Shown here: one piece after another, positions 37,801-50,800 of the stretch | Numbering within the stretch: the stretch's first letter is position 1 | How the letters are laid out: every line of letters starts with the position of its first letter | Source of the DNA: Raillietiella orientalis | Taxonomy: Eukaryota | Direction of reading: 5' to 3' | Length of the DNA stretch: 64,000 bases | Assembly (NCBI GenBank): GCA_036172245.1 | Contig: JAYWIR010000032.1 | Span: 1,612,001-1,676,000, forward strand | The notes under the pieces: generated by a model | Told to the model about the DNA's origin: nothing | What the model saw: only the letters and a program-made list of their open reading frames with translations | The model's database searches: none | Position numbers and translations under genes: made by a program

Positions 37801-40642
37801 GAAATTCAGCAGGAAGTGGGCAACCCTGATCTGATTGTTGCTGAGAAAAGCCTGGCAAACCCAACGCGGAAGTCGAATACGTCTGCAGATCTATTCTTAA
37901 AAAGGCGCATTATTGCCAAGTGACTATTTTTCCTATTTATCCAAACAGATTTTGACACTGAATTGCAGGGACATGTGATGACCTGCGTTTCATTCTGTAC
38001 TTTTTCCACTGTCTTGATTACATTCATCCTTGTGGGCATTCAATTATCAGTTCCATTTCACCATTAAATGCTTACTTTCAGATACTGTTTTCAATACTCA
38101 TTAAAAGATACCACCATTATTCTAACCATATATTATCATACATCGTTCTCAGGTCAATATCATTATCATAAGAATGAAATATCGTTATTGCAACATCATT
38201 ATTATAAAATCTTATAATGTATTACTGCAGGAAAGGTTACTGACCCGTCATTTTATCATCATAATCACTATGTGCACACTGATTAACGGAATGTTTGCAA
38301 AACATGGAAACAAAAAAAGACGTAAAAAGAGAATTACACGTGTATTTTTCAGAGGCATTCGACTCTTAAGAATGCCATGTATTGGGAGTTGGGGCCATCT
38401 AATTGCAAAAACAGATCGGCTCGCTTCTGCTTACTAAATCTTCTGCAGCATTCGCAATACGAATAGGGTCGTGGAAATTAAAAGCAGAAAGATCATGCTA
38501 AACGGCAACGATTGCGAAAAGAGCTGCATGCAGAGTGCTGTTGCCTAGGAATTACCGCCAGGAAGAGCAGTGCTTTCGGAATTATCGTCAAGGAGGCTTA
38601 GAGGATGGATTTCCACAATTATTTTATATACTGGGGATCACTATTCTGCTCTGAGAACTAAACTTTCGAAAGTTACAACAGACGCAGAATCTTTGATCTA
38701 TGGGTTGTGTGTGTGTGTGTGTGTGTGTTTTGTCCTTTTGTTAGCTTCCATCAGTAGGAAAGAAATCAGCTTTTGTTTTCTCAGAAGAAACTAACGAAGT
38801 CTGGTTCTAGTGGATGGAACGTCCAGTTGTTTCTCAAAGTTGCAAAAATTGATACATTCTTCTAGAGAAGCTTTTTTTTCCAAAAAAAAAAAGGAAAGAA
38901 AGAAAGGGGGGGGGGGGGGAAAGGTCCCTATCAAAGCCCTTTGCAATAGGATAAACAGCACAACATGAGATATTCGAAAACAGAAAGCAACAGAAGAGCG
39001 CAGTGACTTAACTGTGCGTTTTGGCTACGGACCAAACGATCTGCCTCAGGTGCCCAAGGTACATACATTTTAAGGAACATCGCAGTTGTGGATATTAACA
39101 GAGAAAATCGGAAAAACCCAATTCGACAAAATGAGCTTCCAGAATAAAAAAGCCTTGCGAATGCGACCATTTTGAAGAGCATTTGAAGCTGTCTTCTGCG
39201 CAAGTTAGGTGCATGCGACAGCTTATTTCTCAGGGAGTAGACCTCTCAATGACGGAGACTTCTGAAACTGTACATGATGAAAATAACGGAATCTGTGAGG
39301 AGGCATTTCGTTATAAACTACTCCGATAGGGTTGTGAGGCGGTCTCTTAGAACGGTGACCAGGCTAAGATAGACTAAGTCTTTGAACCTCACCTCTAAAT
39401 GTAAAAAAATAAGCACAAGAGGTTTTGAACACTCTGCAATGATATGAAGAGGAGGAGAACTGACATGGTCCAAAGACCCACTTTGGGCTTTCGGCTACAA
39501 GGTCGAAAGAGAGGATCTTCAGTTTTAAGGGAGCTATAGCTGAGCTGAGGAAGAATTTACACTTCATGTATAAGTTTTCCCTTAGCTCTAATGGCCTTAG
39601 TTCGAGCTGGCAAAAACTGAACCCTACGGCATCTGTGGGAACTGGAATTACAACTAGAATCAAGGAAAGCATACTCAGCAGTGCCTTATGCAAGAGTTCG
39701 TCTTATGTGACAACTTTCCCAAGTCGAGAGATGCGAGGAGTGTTGTTGACCCATGCATTCAGCTATAAGGAATCAAAACCTGAATCCCTGTCGGGGTCTC
39801 AAATTGTTTCTTTCTGACATCGGAGTGCGAAGTGAAAAGTTTTCTGATACACTACCGAATCGCTAATTCTCTAATTAATCGCTAATTCAGAAGGCCCTAC
39901 GCCCCAATGGTTTTCTGAGATAATCTAGACAGCATTTCCATCATCTGGATAGGAGGAAGGATAGGAAAGGTTGCTTCGCGTACCGATGATGGGATACGAC
40001 GTTCGTATGACTGAACCTTTAAAAGAATTGAACCTTAAGCTGCAAGTTGACGTTTCTGACAGTTTTTTTTTTTTTTTCAATGCGGATGCATTCAAGAGTA
40101 ACTGAAAGATGAGTGAATCCAGTTTTGAACACCTTTCTGAATGGGAATCCGTCCCTGTGAGCAAAAATGCAAACACCAGAAGCTGAGCGATCTCGAGCGC
40201 AGACTTTGTTGCTTTGCACGAAGAGAGGACTGAATGAGGACTCCTTCACAACCATATCTCACGTACACGGGAAACAGGGAAAGGAGGGAGGAAAAAGTCA
40301 GTCTACCCAAACAATGGTCAGTAATGCCAGTATCATCGTATTTTCTCATGCACTATTTGAATCCATCATTCATTCGGCTTCACAATCGAGAATCACGTAA
40401 CATTGAATAAGAGATGACCTTGAACACATGCATGATCTCTTAGGGACATTTCTGTTGGCTCTATGAACGATTTTGCCAAATACACCACCCATTTCTGGTG
40501 CATTTTCTAGTCCACTAAGAATGAGCTCCTTCTGGCGGATGTTTGGGGATAGGAATATGGTTTCTGTCTTTACTCACTCATCTCTGCGTGGAGCTGCGTG
40601 GCCTCACTACCAACTGTCACAGCATGCAAAATCATGACTTAC

Positions 40643-41399
40643 CTTGGAAGCAACAGTTGTTGTATCTTTCAAATTCTCTGAACAGGCACACACTGACGAG
40701 CATCAGGAACAAATCCATGAAATTCCATGCGAAAGTGTCATATTTGTTGACTATGGTCAAGAAAAGTCCGAACACCTTAGAGTATCCCAGTTCGTTTATT
40801 TCTGACGTTTGGTAAAATTGGCAGTAGCAGTGGATGAAGTCCCAGAAAGTACTGTTGTAAGGCGAACACTTCCCCACCATGGAGAGCGTGTTCTCCAGGA
40901 TGGCAGAAAGCATGAACCCGGACGTCATAAATGGCAGGAAGTAACGGAAACAGAACTTGTTCCTGTGAGGGTGAATGTAATCTTGCATGTGTCTGTCAAC
41001 TGTCATCCAAAAATCCACGAGTTCCGGGAACTTTACAGCAATCCTCAAGAATAGCATGAAGATGAGAGTTGAGAGGGTGCAGAACAATATTCTGGCTACC
41101 AGGGTTGTGATCATTGCCGTTTCCTTCTCGTCCATAAAGTGCACGAACCGTCTCCACCTGAGACACATGACAAACACAGTGGACAGCAGAATCACAAAAA
41201 AATATAGGGACCGTGGAGACAGCCAGAAGAACTGGAACTGCTTGTGACGATTATTGACTTTCAGAGGCATTAACCCGAAGGCATTGCTGAGGTACACAAT
41301 GTGCCTGAAATCGTCAAATACGTTGGGAGGAGCTTCGTCTTTCTCGAAGATACCTCCTTTTTCTTGGAACCGAAGACAACAATCCTTCTTCGTGATCAT
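40643..41399 (-). CDS. Gustatory receptor (sugar/trehalose receptor-like), first large coding exon
   Basis: 252-codon multi-TM ORF with 'FGLMP' and 'TFAWNFMDLFLMLVSVCL' motifs typical of the Gr5a/Gr64 family, ending at a CAAG|gtaagt donor. The start codon may lie in an unseen upstream exon. Confidence 0.9.
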
Positions 41400-42327
41400 G
41401 TCATCTGCTTGACCCTTGCTGTTGCTCCGTGAGCGAACTCCAGACGTTCCAGTTCCAGTTCAGAACTCGGTCATCCAAGTTGCAGAGTACGGTTTCGGGA
41501 GAGAACGCACCAAGTAACTGCACAAACTAGCCATACGTGCCTCTAAGCCCAAGGAAGGTTGGATGAAGAGATCTATCAACGCCAGCGCAGATTCACATGC
41601 CACTTCGAATTAACATCTGATCACGCATCATTGTATACGTGCGTGTTTTTTTTCTTTTCTCCTTCCGCTGCGTAATTAAAAATCTGCGCTTCATTAGAGG
41701 TGAAGCTCATCTGCCATATTTTCTCCCTGCAGAAAAGATTCCTTCATAGGACGAAGAAACAGATACATCGTTGCACGCATTCTACTTCGTGCATTCAGGG
41801 AACCTTTAAAAAAAACTTCCTAAAAAACATTCTAAAACTTGGAAGATTTTATAGAAATGAGATTTATGAAAATTTATGGAAAATTTCCTGGATTTGAGAT
41901 TTCTTATTTTCCTAGCCAATAATACTACACTCGTTTTTTTTTTTTTTTTTTTTTCCGATAAGTTCTGATAGCATTAGGTTAGCATTTTCGTAAGGCGCTA
42001 TTCCATGTACATTCGCCCAGTACACACGCATAAGTACTTGGGAATGCCACATGAGCTTCATCTTCTTCCTCATCCATGAGGTGACTTGTTGGTACACGTC
42101 CGTATACGAGTAGAATATTTGCATGCGTACGTGTACGCACGAATGCTGTAGTTGGTGCTGAACCGTTCGTTTGAAGTTCGTCTCCTTGGCGGCGGCAGTT
42201 ACGGGTTGATGTGCACACGTGCGGTCCAGGCCTCATGGCGGGAGAGTGAAATCTCGAATTTTCAGGTGCCATCCTGTGTGAAGGCAGTTCTTGTCAGGAG
42301 CTTGCCGAAACTGCCTCTTCAGTAAAA

Positions 42328-45300
42328 ATGCTTCATTCCAATGTTAGAGAGGTGCGGTTGCATTCGAATGCCGGGAAATGGCAAGAATTGCTTCTCAGAA
42401 CTGGTATGAGTGCTTTTAGTCATTTGGTTTTTGTGGGATGCAAAAGTCCCTTTTGAATTTCGTTTCCCCTTATAGAATATAAGTTTGCAATAAATTGCCC
42501 AGCATATCGGACAGTTGAGGTGCTAATATCCTGAAATGAAAGTTTAAAATCAATTTTGATCAAGATGAATACTAATTTCGTTTCAATGCATAAATGTAAA
42601 GTTTCAATTCGGATCTCTCATACCTTGTCCGATGGGAAAATTGAGTGCTTGCATTCAAGGTTGTACTTGACTGTGATTGCTTTACCCTTAATTGGAATTC
42701 GTTGATGAAGTTCACCGGGTAAGAATTCAGTCAAGTCAGGCAGTGTTACTGAAGACAGCTTTGTGTTGCAAAAATCCAAACTAAATCTGAGGCAAAATCC
42801 AATCATTTAATTATTCACAAAAGCTCAAATGCTCCAAAGTATCTTATTGCTGTTATTTTTGTTGTATCAAAAATACATTGTAATTTTTTACACTTTGATC
42901 TTAGCCAAAAGGCCAAGAAGTGCTTTGTCTGTAATTTTATGTGGTTGATATGTTCCTAGTCATTGGTTCATATCTAGGTAAAATATCGTCAACATGTTGA
43001 TTTTTGTAGGGGCAGCCCAGAGTACACTGCAGGATTTCCATCCATCCAAGCATGCTGGTGGTTTTGTTTATTCCAATCAAAATAGTTTGTTTACACGAAA
43101 CAGATTCATATATTGGTATTATTATTGGACTGTGTGTACTGTGTGTAATGATTGAGAATTTGATGTTTCAGGAGGAGCAGTAACAATGTGCTGGAATTAG
43201 TAGAAGAGAGTTTAGATTTGAATTTAACTGATAATCATTTGCGGATCATTTTTCAAGTATGTAAAAAAAACAAACAAATTGAAATGTAGCTCTAGTATCC
43301 TTCCAGAATGCTGCTATTTTGGAAGGGATTACACTCCATGAAAAAGAAAAAATTATTTTTCTTTTAGTGCCAACTGTAAAAAGTCTTCATAAACTGACAT
43401 TTCCACATCCAGACTTTGCTGTGACTTTGGTATCATATTAATGTTTAGTGAAAAATTTGTAATATAGAACTTCAGGATTCAAAGGATGACTTGACAAGTT
43501 TTCCATCAATATTCCAAAATACTGCATTCCCAGCATGTGGCAGCATCTACAGTCATTCTGTGATTAGTCCTGCTATTAGTAGTCAGTCAGTTCCTCAGGC
43601 TGCTGCTTCTTTCTTAACTGACGAACAAGATGCAATGTTTGCAATCAGTTTCACCAATGGCAGTATAGCATTGACTAAGTTAGGTCCATTGCCAGAAATT
43701 GCAACTACAGTAGAGCTCTGGCAGACATCTGTTATGCAGCGACTGTGGACAGGATTGATCCCTAGCATGCTGAGGTTGTGATCTTTTTTTTTATGTGTTG
43801 TTTGTTAATCATCACATGAATGGTATACTTGCAGACCAAATACTGATCAGGTTAATTATGCAGTTAGCTTAGCATTTATTGAAATTGAGGGAGATGTGTT
43901 TCTGTTTGGGCTTGGACGAGACACACAACTACGTGTGTGGTGCTGCCAGCGTAAGGAATGTGTTCTCACCACAATGCTACACCCTGGTCAAGAGACTGTA
44001 CCTGTTGATTTAGGAGGTGAATTGAACCAAAGCAAATGCACTCACTGTGTATTTCTAGACCAGCATCATGCTTTGCAAAGGCTGCAGGATACAAATGTGG
44101 CTACCTTTGTAACATTTCTCTGTTGCCATTCTTATCATGAATTTCAAATATTTCAAGCTGTTTTTGAAGGAAAAAATTTGCAGCTGCGTTCACTGTACAG
44201 ATTTTGTCACCACAAGGTGAATTTGTTTTACCGTGTATTCCTCACTTACACTTAATTACTGTATGATCTTCAGTATCAAGTGCTGAGTTTTATGGTGACT
44301 AGCAAGCACTTATGGGTTCTGAGTCGTACGCTTGACCACTCTCCTCTGCTTGAATATATAGCTTGCAGTACTGAAGACAACTCAGACTGGCGCCAAGCCC
44401 ACCTCCAGCAATCTGTTCCAAATGTCTTATTACCTCATCCAATGATGGATGTCAAGGAAGCTACTTTGGCAAACATATTTCAGCCAGGACTATTCTCTGC
44501 CTCAGCAATTCTCCAGGCAGTTAACCTGGTGCAGGTAAAAAAAAGAGAAAAAAATCAAAAAGGATAGCTGCAAGCTCAGTTAGAAACGGCGAGGTTTATC
44601 CACTTCAAATGTGTCATCAAGTTCTACTCCTTCCTATGAAGAGTTGAGAGAGATAGTGTGCAATGTAGTGCAGACTGAGATCCATTGTTCTGCTAGTACT
44701 AATGAAGTTAGCGATTCAATGTACTTAGAGTTGGCCAGTAGTGCCTGGACCTCATTTTATGCTTCCTTAGTGCATTTTCAAGAAGTAGGACACTTGTTTC
44801 TATAATCAAATTCACTGAATTATGTAGCTCGAAAACCAACCTTTGGCTCTTTTATGGGACCAGATATCTGATGGCTTGTTGTTGGTTTTGTCTGGAGGGC
44901 TGAGTGTGCTGCATCCAATAGATACAGTGGAGGATATTCTGCTGTATGCGGAAAAAGATACAGATGCAGAATTGTCTGATCCTGGCAAGTTTACAAGCCG
45001 AGATGATGCAAACTTGCAAGAGGAATCAATATGGCTATTGTGGAAAGCAGTTATCCTATTAAAAGGGATGAGTCAACAGAGCAAAGAAAATCTAGAACTG
45101 CAGTTTTTGAAACTTCAGGACCCAGTGGAATCTTTGCAAATGCTTGTCACCAATACTGCTCATCAGGTAGATGAATTTTGCTAGACCATCTCTATCCCAT
45201 ATCTCTCAAGGACAAGGAGTTCTTATCTCATGTTGATGCCTGTATTCAAGAAGTGCACTGGACAAAAGCTCTCTCCCAGCTGTTAATCTCTTTGGAAATA

Positions 45301-47890
45301 GAGCTGTTACCTTTTCAGAAAAGTCTGAGCCAGGACTCAGATACTGAATTTGTTGCTGAGTTGTCTTCTGCTTCACCTGTGGCGTCTCTATTATCTAGTA
45401 TTAGTGGATTAGCTTTGCTATCTGCTTCAGCTGAGCAGAAAGCAGCCACTAGGTCTTTCTGACATAGAGTGGAATTTATGTTGTAATTTTTATGGTAGAT
45501 TTTCAGCCAGTGCTGCTTTAGTGCTTCTGCTGTTGCTTATTAGAAACAATAAGAAAAGATTGTCCAACACCAATAATGCTGCTGAGGAATTTCTTCCACA
45601 AGCTACCTTGCTGTGCCACAGCTGGTTTGTTATGGTTTGGATGTGCCGAGCCATTTCATGTCCTCAAGCATACTGGATGTGAGTACCAGTTGTTTTGTGC
45701 TGTTTGATTCTCACTTTCTCATAGAGATTTTGATGCCTTAAAACTTAAAATACAGGGACCCAGAAACCGCTCTTCACATCCTCAGAGTCTGCTGACAGCT
45801 TTCCAACAAACCGAGAGGGGCAGATCAGTGCGTAGTCAGCTAATGCATCTATCCAAACAGCAGTTGGATGGCGTGTCTTGTTGGCCTAAAGCACTTTCTT
45901 CTCTCACCACCCTTCTCCTGCAGCATCTGTATCCTTAAATATCATATATTGCTTGTTTCCTGCTCAATGCTGTTTAGCTGGCCGAATTCTTTGCCTGTTC
46001 AACAGGATCACTTCTTAGTCAGCATGTATTGCATGGCAGAGTTTTTGCTGGTCCAGGAGTATGAGAAGATGCTATCCCTGTGGTGCAAGCATTCCCAAGT
46101 CATCAGTAAATTTCCATTTTTATGATATTGCCAATTTGTAGAGGTTTGATTTCAGGAACCTTCATTTTGGGATGCTCATTTCTGCAGATGAACGAGCCTG
46201 AAAAGGCGTTTTTGCAGCTGCATGCACATGCTCTCAGATTGACGACCGTGGACAGCACGTCTCTGCATGCTCTTTTCAGAACAGATGGGGCTGTCTCCAA
46301 TACACAGTATATTTTTCGAATTATCCATATGTTTGAGCAAGCGCTGCAACTGGATCAAGTCGTGTTATTGGCTGAAGCAGCTCTCTGTCAGCCCTACTTA
46401 ACAGAGTCAGATAAAGTGAGTCTTTTTATACCTGTCCTGTGCATTGATCCTTCCTTCCTTATAGTGCATCCTTTATTTCCAATTGTTCAAGAGCCATCTG
46501 GCTCTGGATAACACACTGAAGGCATTTGTAGCTTTACAACACAATCCAGATAGCAACAGCCGTCGGAGCTGTTTGCGCCATCTGCTTGCACATTTATGTG
46601 ATGAACGCAAACTACAGGAAGTTGTTGATCTACCCTATCCTTTGGATATGTTGGACGATGTGGAACTTATCCTTCTGCAGAGAGCCCGTGCAGCTCCATG
46701 TCATCATTTCTATTACGATTTGTTGTTTGCTTTCCATGTACACTCCAGCAGCTTCAAAAAAGGTAACTTTGTTCCTATTGAAGCTCTGCGTAAACGAATT
46801 TCATCCAGCTGCGCAGGTGATGTATGAAGGAGCACTCAGGCTGGGCAATGAAGGTCGAGGCATAGAAAGCTTACAGCAGCAAGCTGGTTGCTTGGCTCGT
46901 TGTTTATCTTGCCTGCATCTACTTCGTGATTCACGAGAATCCTGGGTTCTTAAACCTGTACTACGAAACAGCTCTTCTGATGCATTTCATGAAGTGGAAG
47001 TTTTACAGATTCCTGATGTGACCAAAGAATACAAACTTATCAGAGCTCGAGTATCATTGGCCCAGCTTAGTCCAGACACGGCTGACATAACAGGAAACGA
47101 ATTAACCCCTTTGGAAACTGTGCGCCTTCTTGTTGGAGCGGGACTGTTTGATTGGGCACTGAGCTTGTGCACAGCATTCAAGTTATCCAAAGCCTCGGTC
47201 ATGGAGGCCTTGTCTTACAGGTGTGTTCAGGTCTCACAACAGAAGTTGGAAGATGGCAAAGAAAAGGATGTTTGGGTGTGGCTGGGCAAAAATGATATTA
47301 CAGGTATGTACGTCTCATTTGCATTTGTTAAAACGGATACCAGTTGTGAAGGATCGCACTTACGATCACTCCTGTGTTGCCATACTGTGGAGCTTCCTGA
47401 AGTATCACTTGTTTAAGCATGAGCAACCTAGACAAACGGTGTTACACCATGCTGTGGCTGGCAAGCTACTGCAGATGCATATGCCACTGCCTCAGTGGCT
47501 TTTGATTTCATACAGGAAGCAGAACAGTGCTGAGCTTCTTCGTCTCTTTTTAAGAAATGGCCTTTTGGATCAAGCTGCCCAGCTTGCTATTCAAATGCTT
47601 GGTGCTGTTAGGGGAATTCAGCCAGAGCTCTTTGGCTTGCCTAGTTTTCTGCAAAGCCATGCCCAACCAGTGTGGATTCCCTACACAGCACTTGATCAGT
47701 TGAAAGCGGCGCTAAAGGCGTTATCGGAAGAGCATCTTTACAGTGAGGTAGAAATGAAAATGTCAACGAGTGCGTTCTAAATAGAGTGTTTTAGTTGCTA
47801 AGCAAATTGGAAGCGAGCATACATCAGTATCAGAAGGAGCTGAAGTGCGTTTCTGCCCAAATGTTGAATCTCAGGACTGGTGTATGTTGA
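42328..47890 (+). CDS. Nup160: Nuclear pore complex protein Nup160 (multi-exon, apparently complete)
   Basis: Spliced N-terminus MLHSNVREV...WQELLLRT|GAAQSTLQD...AGGFVY...TRNRFIYW|RSSNNVLELVEESLDLNL. First exons 42328-42403, 43010-43115, 43172-43256, 43307-43429, 43476-43774. Later motifs 'RRSCLRHL', 'RARA', 'YDLLFAFHV', 'LPQWL', 'AELLRL', 'VWIPY..LDQL'. Last exon 47795-47890 ends in TGA. Confidence 0.93.
42889..42924 (-). pseudogene. U2 snRNA 5' fragment (36 nt) in Nup160 intron 1
   Basis: Reverse complement AGCACTTCTTGGCCTTTTGGCTAAGATCAAAGTGTA versus the U2 5' end ATCGCTTCTCGGCCTTTTGGCTAAGATCAAAGTGTA(G). Confidence 0.9.
45929..45977 (+). other. U12-type (minor spliceosome) GT-AG intron in Nup160, 49 nt
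   Basis: 5' splice site GTATCCTT. Removing it restores the frame (LLQHL|WPNS). Branch-like TCCTGCTCAAT lies about 10 nt from the AG. Confidence 0.75.
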
Positions 47891-50800
47891 GATATGCATT
47901 ATATCTCATGCAAGTGAATTGTGTGTGCATCATGATGAAGTGCACCGTGTTCAGCCTGTTTCGCGTGGCGCTTGGGAAATCTCCCCAGCCGAAATGACGA
48001 AGAATCCCGTATTCCTTTCAGACACTGTACTTGACCATGAAGTAATAGTAATTCGGTTTCACGAGCCAAGTTGTCGAAATTGAATTTTCGCTTATCACAA
48101 GTGCACAGCAGAGTTAAAACCACGAGGACGTTTTATTCCGAGTGAGGACTTTGGCTCGTAAAACGGCGCATCATTTCAGGACAAACGGGGGGGAGAGATT
48201 TCAGCATTTTGGACTTGGCGACAATCCTAGTGTTTGGTCAGGGATTTCTCAGGTAAACGCAACGAGGGTGGTGTGGGAGAAGTTGGGATTTCCAAAGTGC
48301 CCACGGCTGAGTTGCATCGATCCCCAAGCCTCGGAAACGGTGGACATTGCCCTGGACGAACGTTTCCATGCCACCGCGTGTGTCCCGCATGTACGATGCG
48401 GGTTCCAAAGTTGCATTTGTTCGGGGCAGTTTTGGGGGACTGGTTGCCCTCTTCTCCTCTCCCCCTACGTTGTTTTTTGTTTCTTTTTTGTTTTGTTTTT
48501 TTTCATTTTTTGGAGGAAGGACGCTTGCAGAAAAGAATGGGAGACAAAAAAAATTGAAAAAGTAGCAAAATCTCTTGTACCTAATCCTATTAGCAAATAA
48601 ACTGTTGAATTTTTCTCGCTGTTGCTGCTCACTGGTGAGGAGGTTGGTGGCCTTTGGCGTATGATCTTCATTCCAAAGGGGAAGGAAAAAAAACGGAAAG
48701 CGTAATTTGAAAAGGCCGCACCTGAAGCGAAATTCTTTGACCGTGGTCGCAAACCGCGTTTCCTCCACCCACGTTCGTGGGCCGCGTGGGCCGGTCGCAT
48801 GCAAACGTCCGGCCCTCTTCACACGTGCTGTCAAGTAACATACGTGACTTCTGGAGCTCCGTGCGAAGCGTTTCCGCACCGAAAGCAAAAATGTTGCAAT
48901 CCGATTATACCTTCGCGGATTAATGGCACCCGCGATTACGGCCGCTTTCCTGCCGACGTTCGAAACGCCCGTGTCAATCAAGTTCACCGGAGGCTTCGTT
49001 CTGACCTCGCCCTTGACTTTTTGCCTTCCGCAGCCGCGCGTTTCTCCCGAACACACTTTGCCCTTTGATCTTGCGGCCGCTTTCTGGTTCTTCCGTCGCA
49101 GCGTCCTCCCCTCCACTTTGGTAAGTGAGGTCCACGGCTTTCAGCACGGGTGCTAGCGACTCAGCTGGTCCATTCCACAGTTCCACCTGTGAAAGAATTT
49201 GGCTGGGTTTGATGAGCGGCACGCCGAACCGTTTGGCTTTCTTTGAACAAGGCTTTGTCTTTGGCTTTTCCAAGGTGGATGGAGCTCTTAGAACGAGATG
49301 GGTTCTGCGATATCAGCAACATGGTATTTTGCTGCAAGGTTTGCTGTTTCTTCGTGATCTCGATTCCACGATATGCAAGGTAGGGGGGGGGGGGGACCAC
49401 TAGTGCATCATCATTTGGTAACGGTCTTGTTTAGTTTGCGGTCCGTGCTGCTGCTTTGTTTCTCGAAGAGTCCTCGCTGTTTTCTCGGGGTGGAAGCGGC
49501 AGTCTTTAAATGGTTCTCTCCCGTTGGCGTAGCAAAAGTCTTAGGTGCGGGTCCCCCATTCATCCCTCTTCTCGGGTTCGCAGGGAACGTAGCGTAAGGT
49601 ATGTAAGATTCTCGATTTTTCTCCTGTTTTCCGATCGCGTTGCCGAAGTGGGAACTGTAAGCAAATTACGTCACGCTCGGGGTGTTTTCGTGGGTCTCCT
49701 CAAATCGTGTCTCCGTTGAACGAAATTCTCCGAGTATTAGCATAAACCCAAATTTGTTTGCTCACTCCATTGCCTTGGAAGGTCCCTGAAAGGGGGGGGG
49801 GGGAAAGTCTCCTTTCTTAGCTGAATGTTCAAGCCCAAAGAAATTTGTCCGCATTTGCCAGACACATTAAACAAGAAAGGAGAGAGGGGACCGTGCGGAA
49901 AACGATGCTTCGGTGAAGCTTCACGTCCCGAGATTTCAGTTGCCACGCTCTCTTCCTTTGTTCCCATTTCATGGTGATCAGCTGACTCCCTGGGAGTACG
50001 CCCGGCAGGAGCTTTGGAATCATAGCTCAGATCACCTCCGAACCGTTCCAGCGTGGTTCACCAGCAGCCGCTTCTGGTTGCCAGTTCACGGCTGCCGAGT
50101 TCCGTTGAAAGTTGCGATTCAGAAATCAAGTGACCGGTCCGACTTTCCAGACCAACCGGGAGGGGGAGAGAGGGAAGGAGGCCGGCTGTTTAATTGGTTC
50201 CATGGCTCTCACGGTTTTGCAACCCACAGACGCAATCAAAAGATCAAGCATAGAGTTTTTGCCTCGTGCCAAATGCAAGGATCCACGTGCGTTTGTGAAT
50301 CTTCGATTGCAGAACTCACGCGTCACAGCACGAAAAAGCACTGCTGTGTGCATTCAGAGTTGATGGATTACTCGAAGCAGTTACTTTTCGGACGGGGGAC
50401 TTCTTTCGTGAATTAATGGCCGAGTCGAATATCCGCGTGTGCTCAGACTGGCGCCTTCTTTAAAGCAACAAACACCTCATCATCATTCAGCGTGCATTCT
50501 AGCATGTTGTTGCTGATGCGTACGGTGAAGCATTCGGCTGTGTAAACAAAAAGATGATCCTGGCACGCTGCTTCAATCTGAATATTTTTTCGCTCTTGCC
50601 CATTAGTTTTGCTCATTTTTCTTGTACTGGATCTGTCTTTATTACTTTCTGTTACAGCCGATACGGAAACCTCTTATTAGGTGTGTCCTCGGGTTCATGA
50701 TTGTGAACATGCATGCTATTCATACGTAATAATAATTCTTATCTACTGTCATCCTTACATACTATATGCATTAGCATGCGTATTTGTAGTGGCTTCGTGC

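Noticed and set aside
48238..49400. Minus-strand ORFs downstream of Nup160
   Set aside because: No recognisable domain, broken frames and no clear splice structure.
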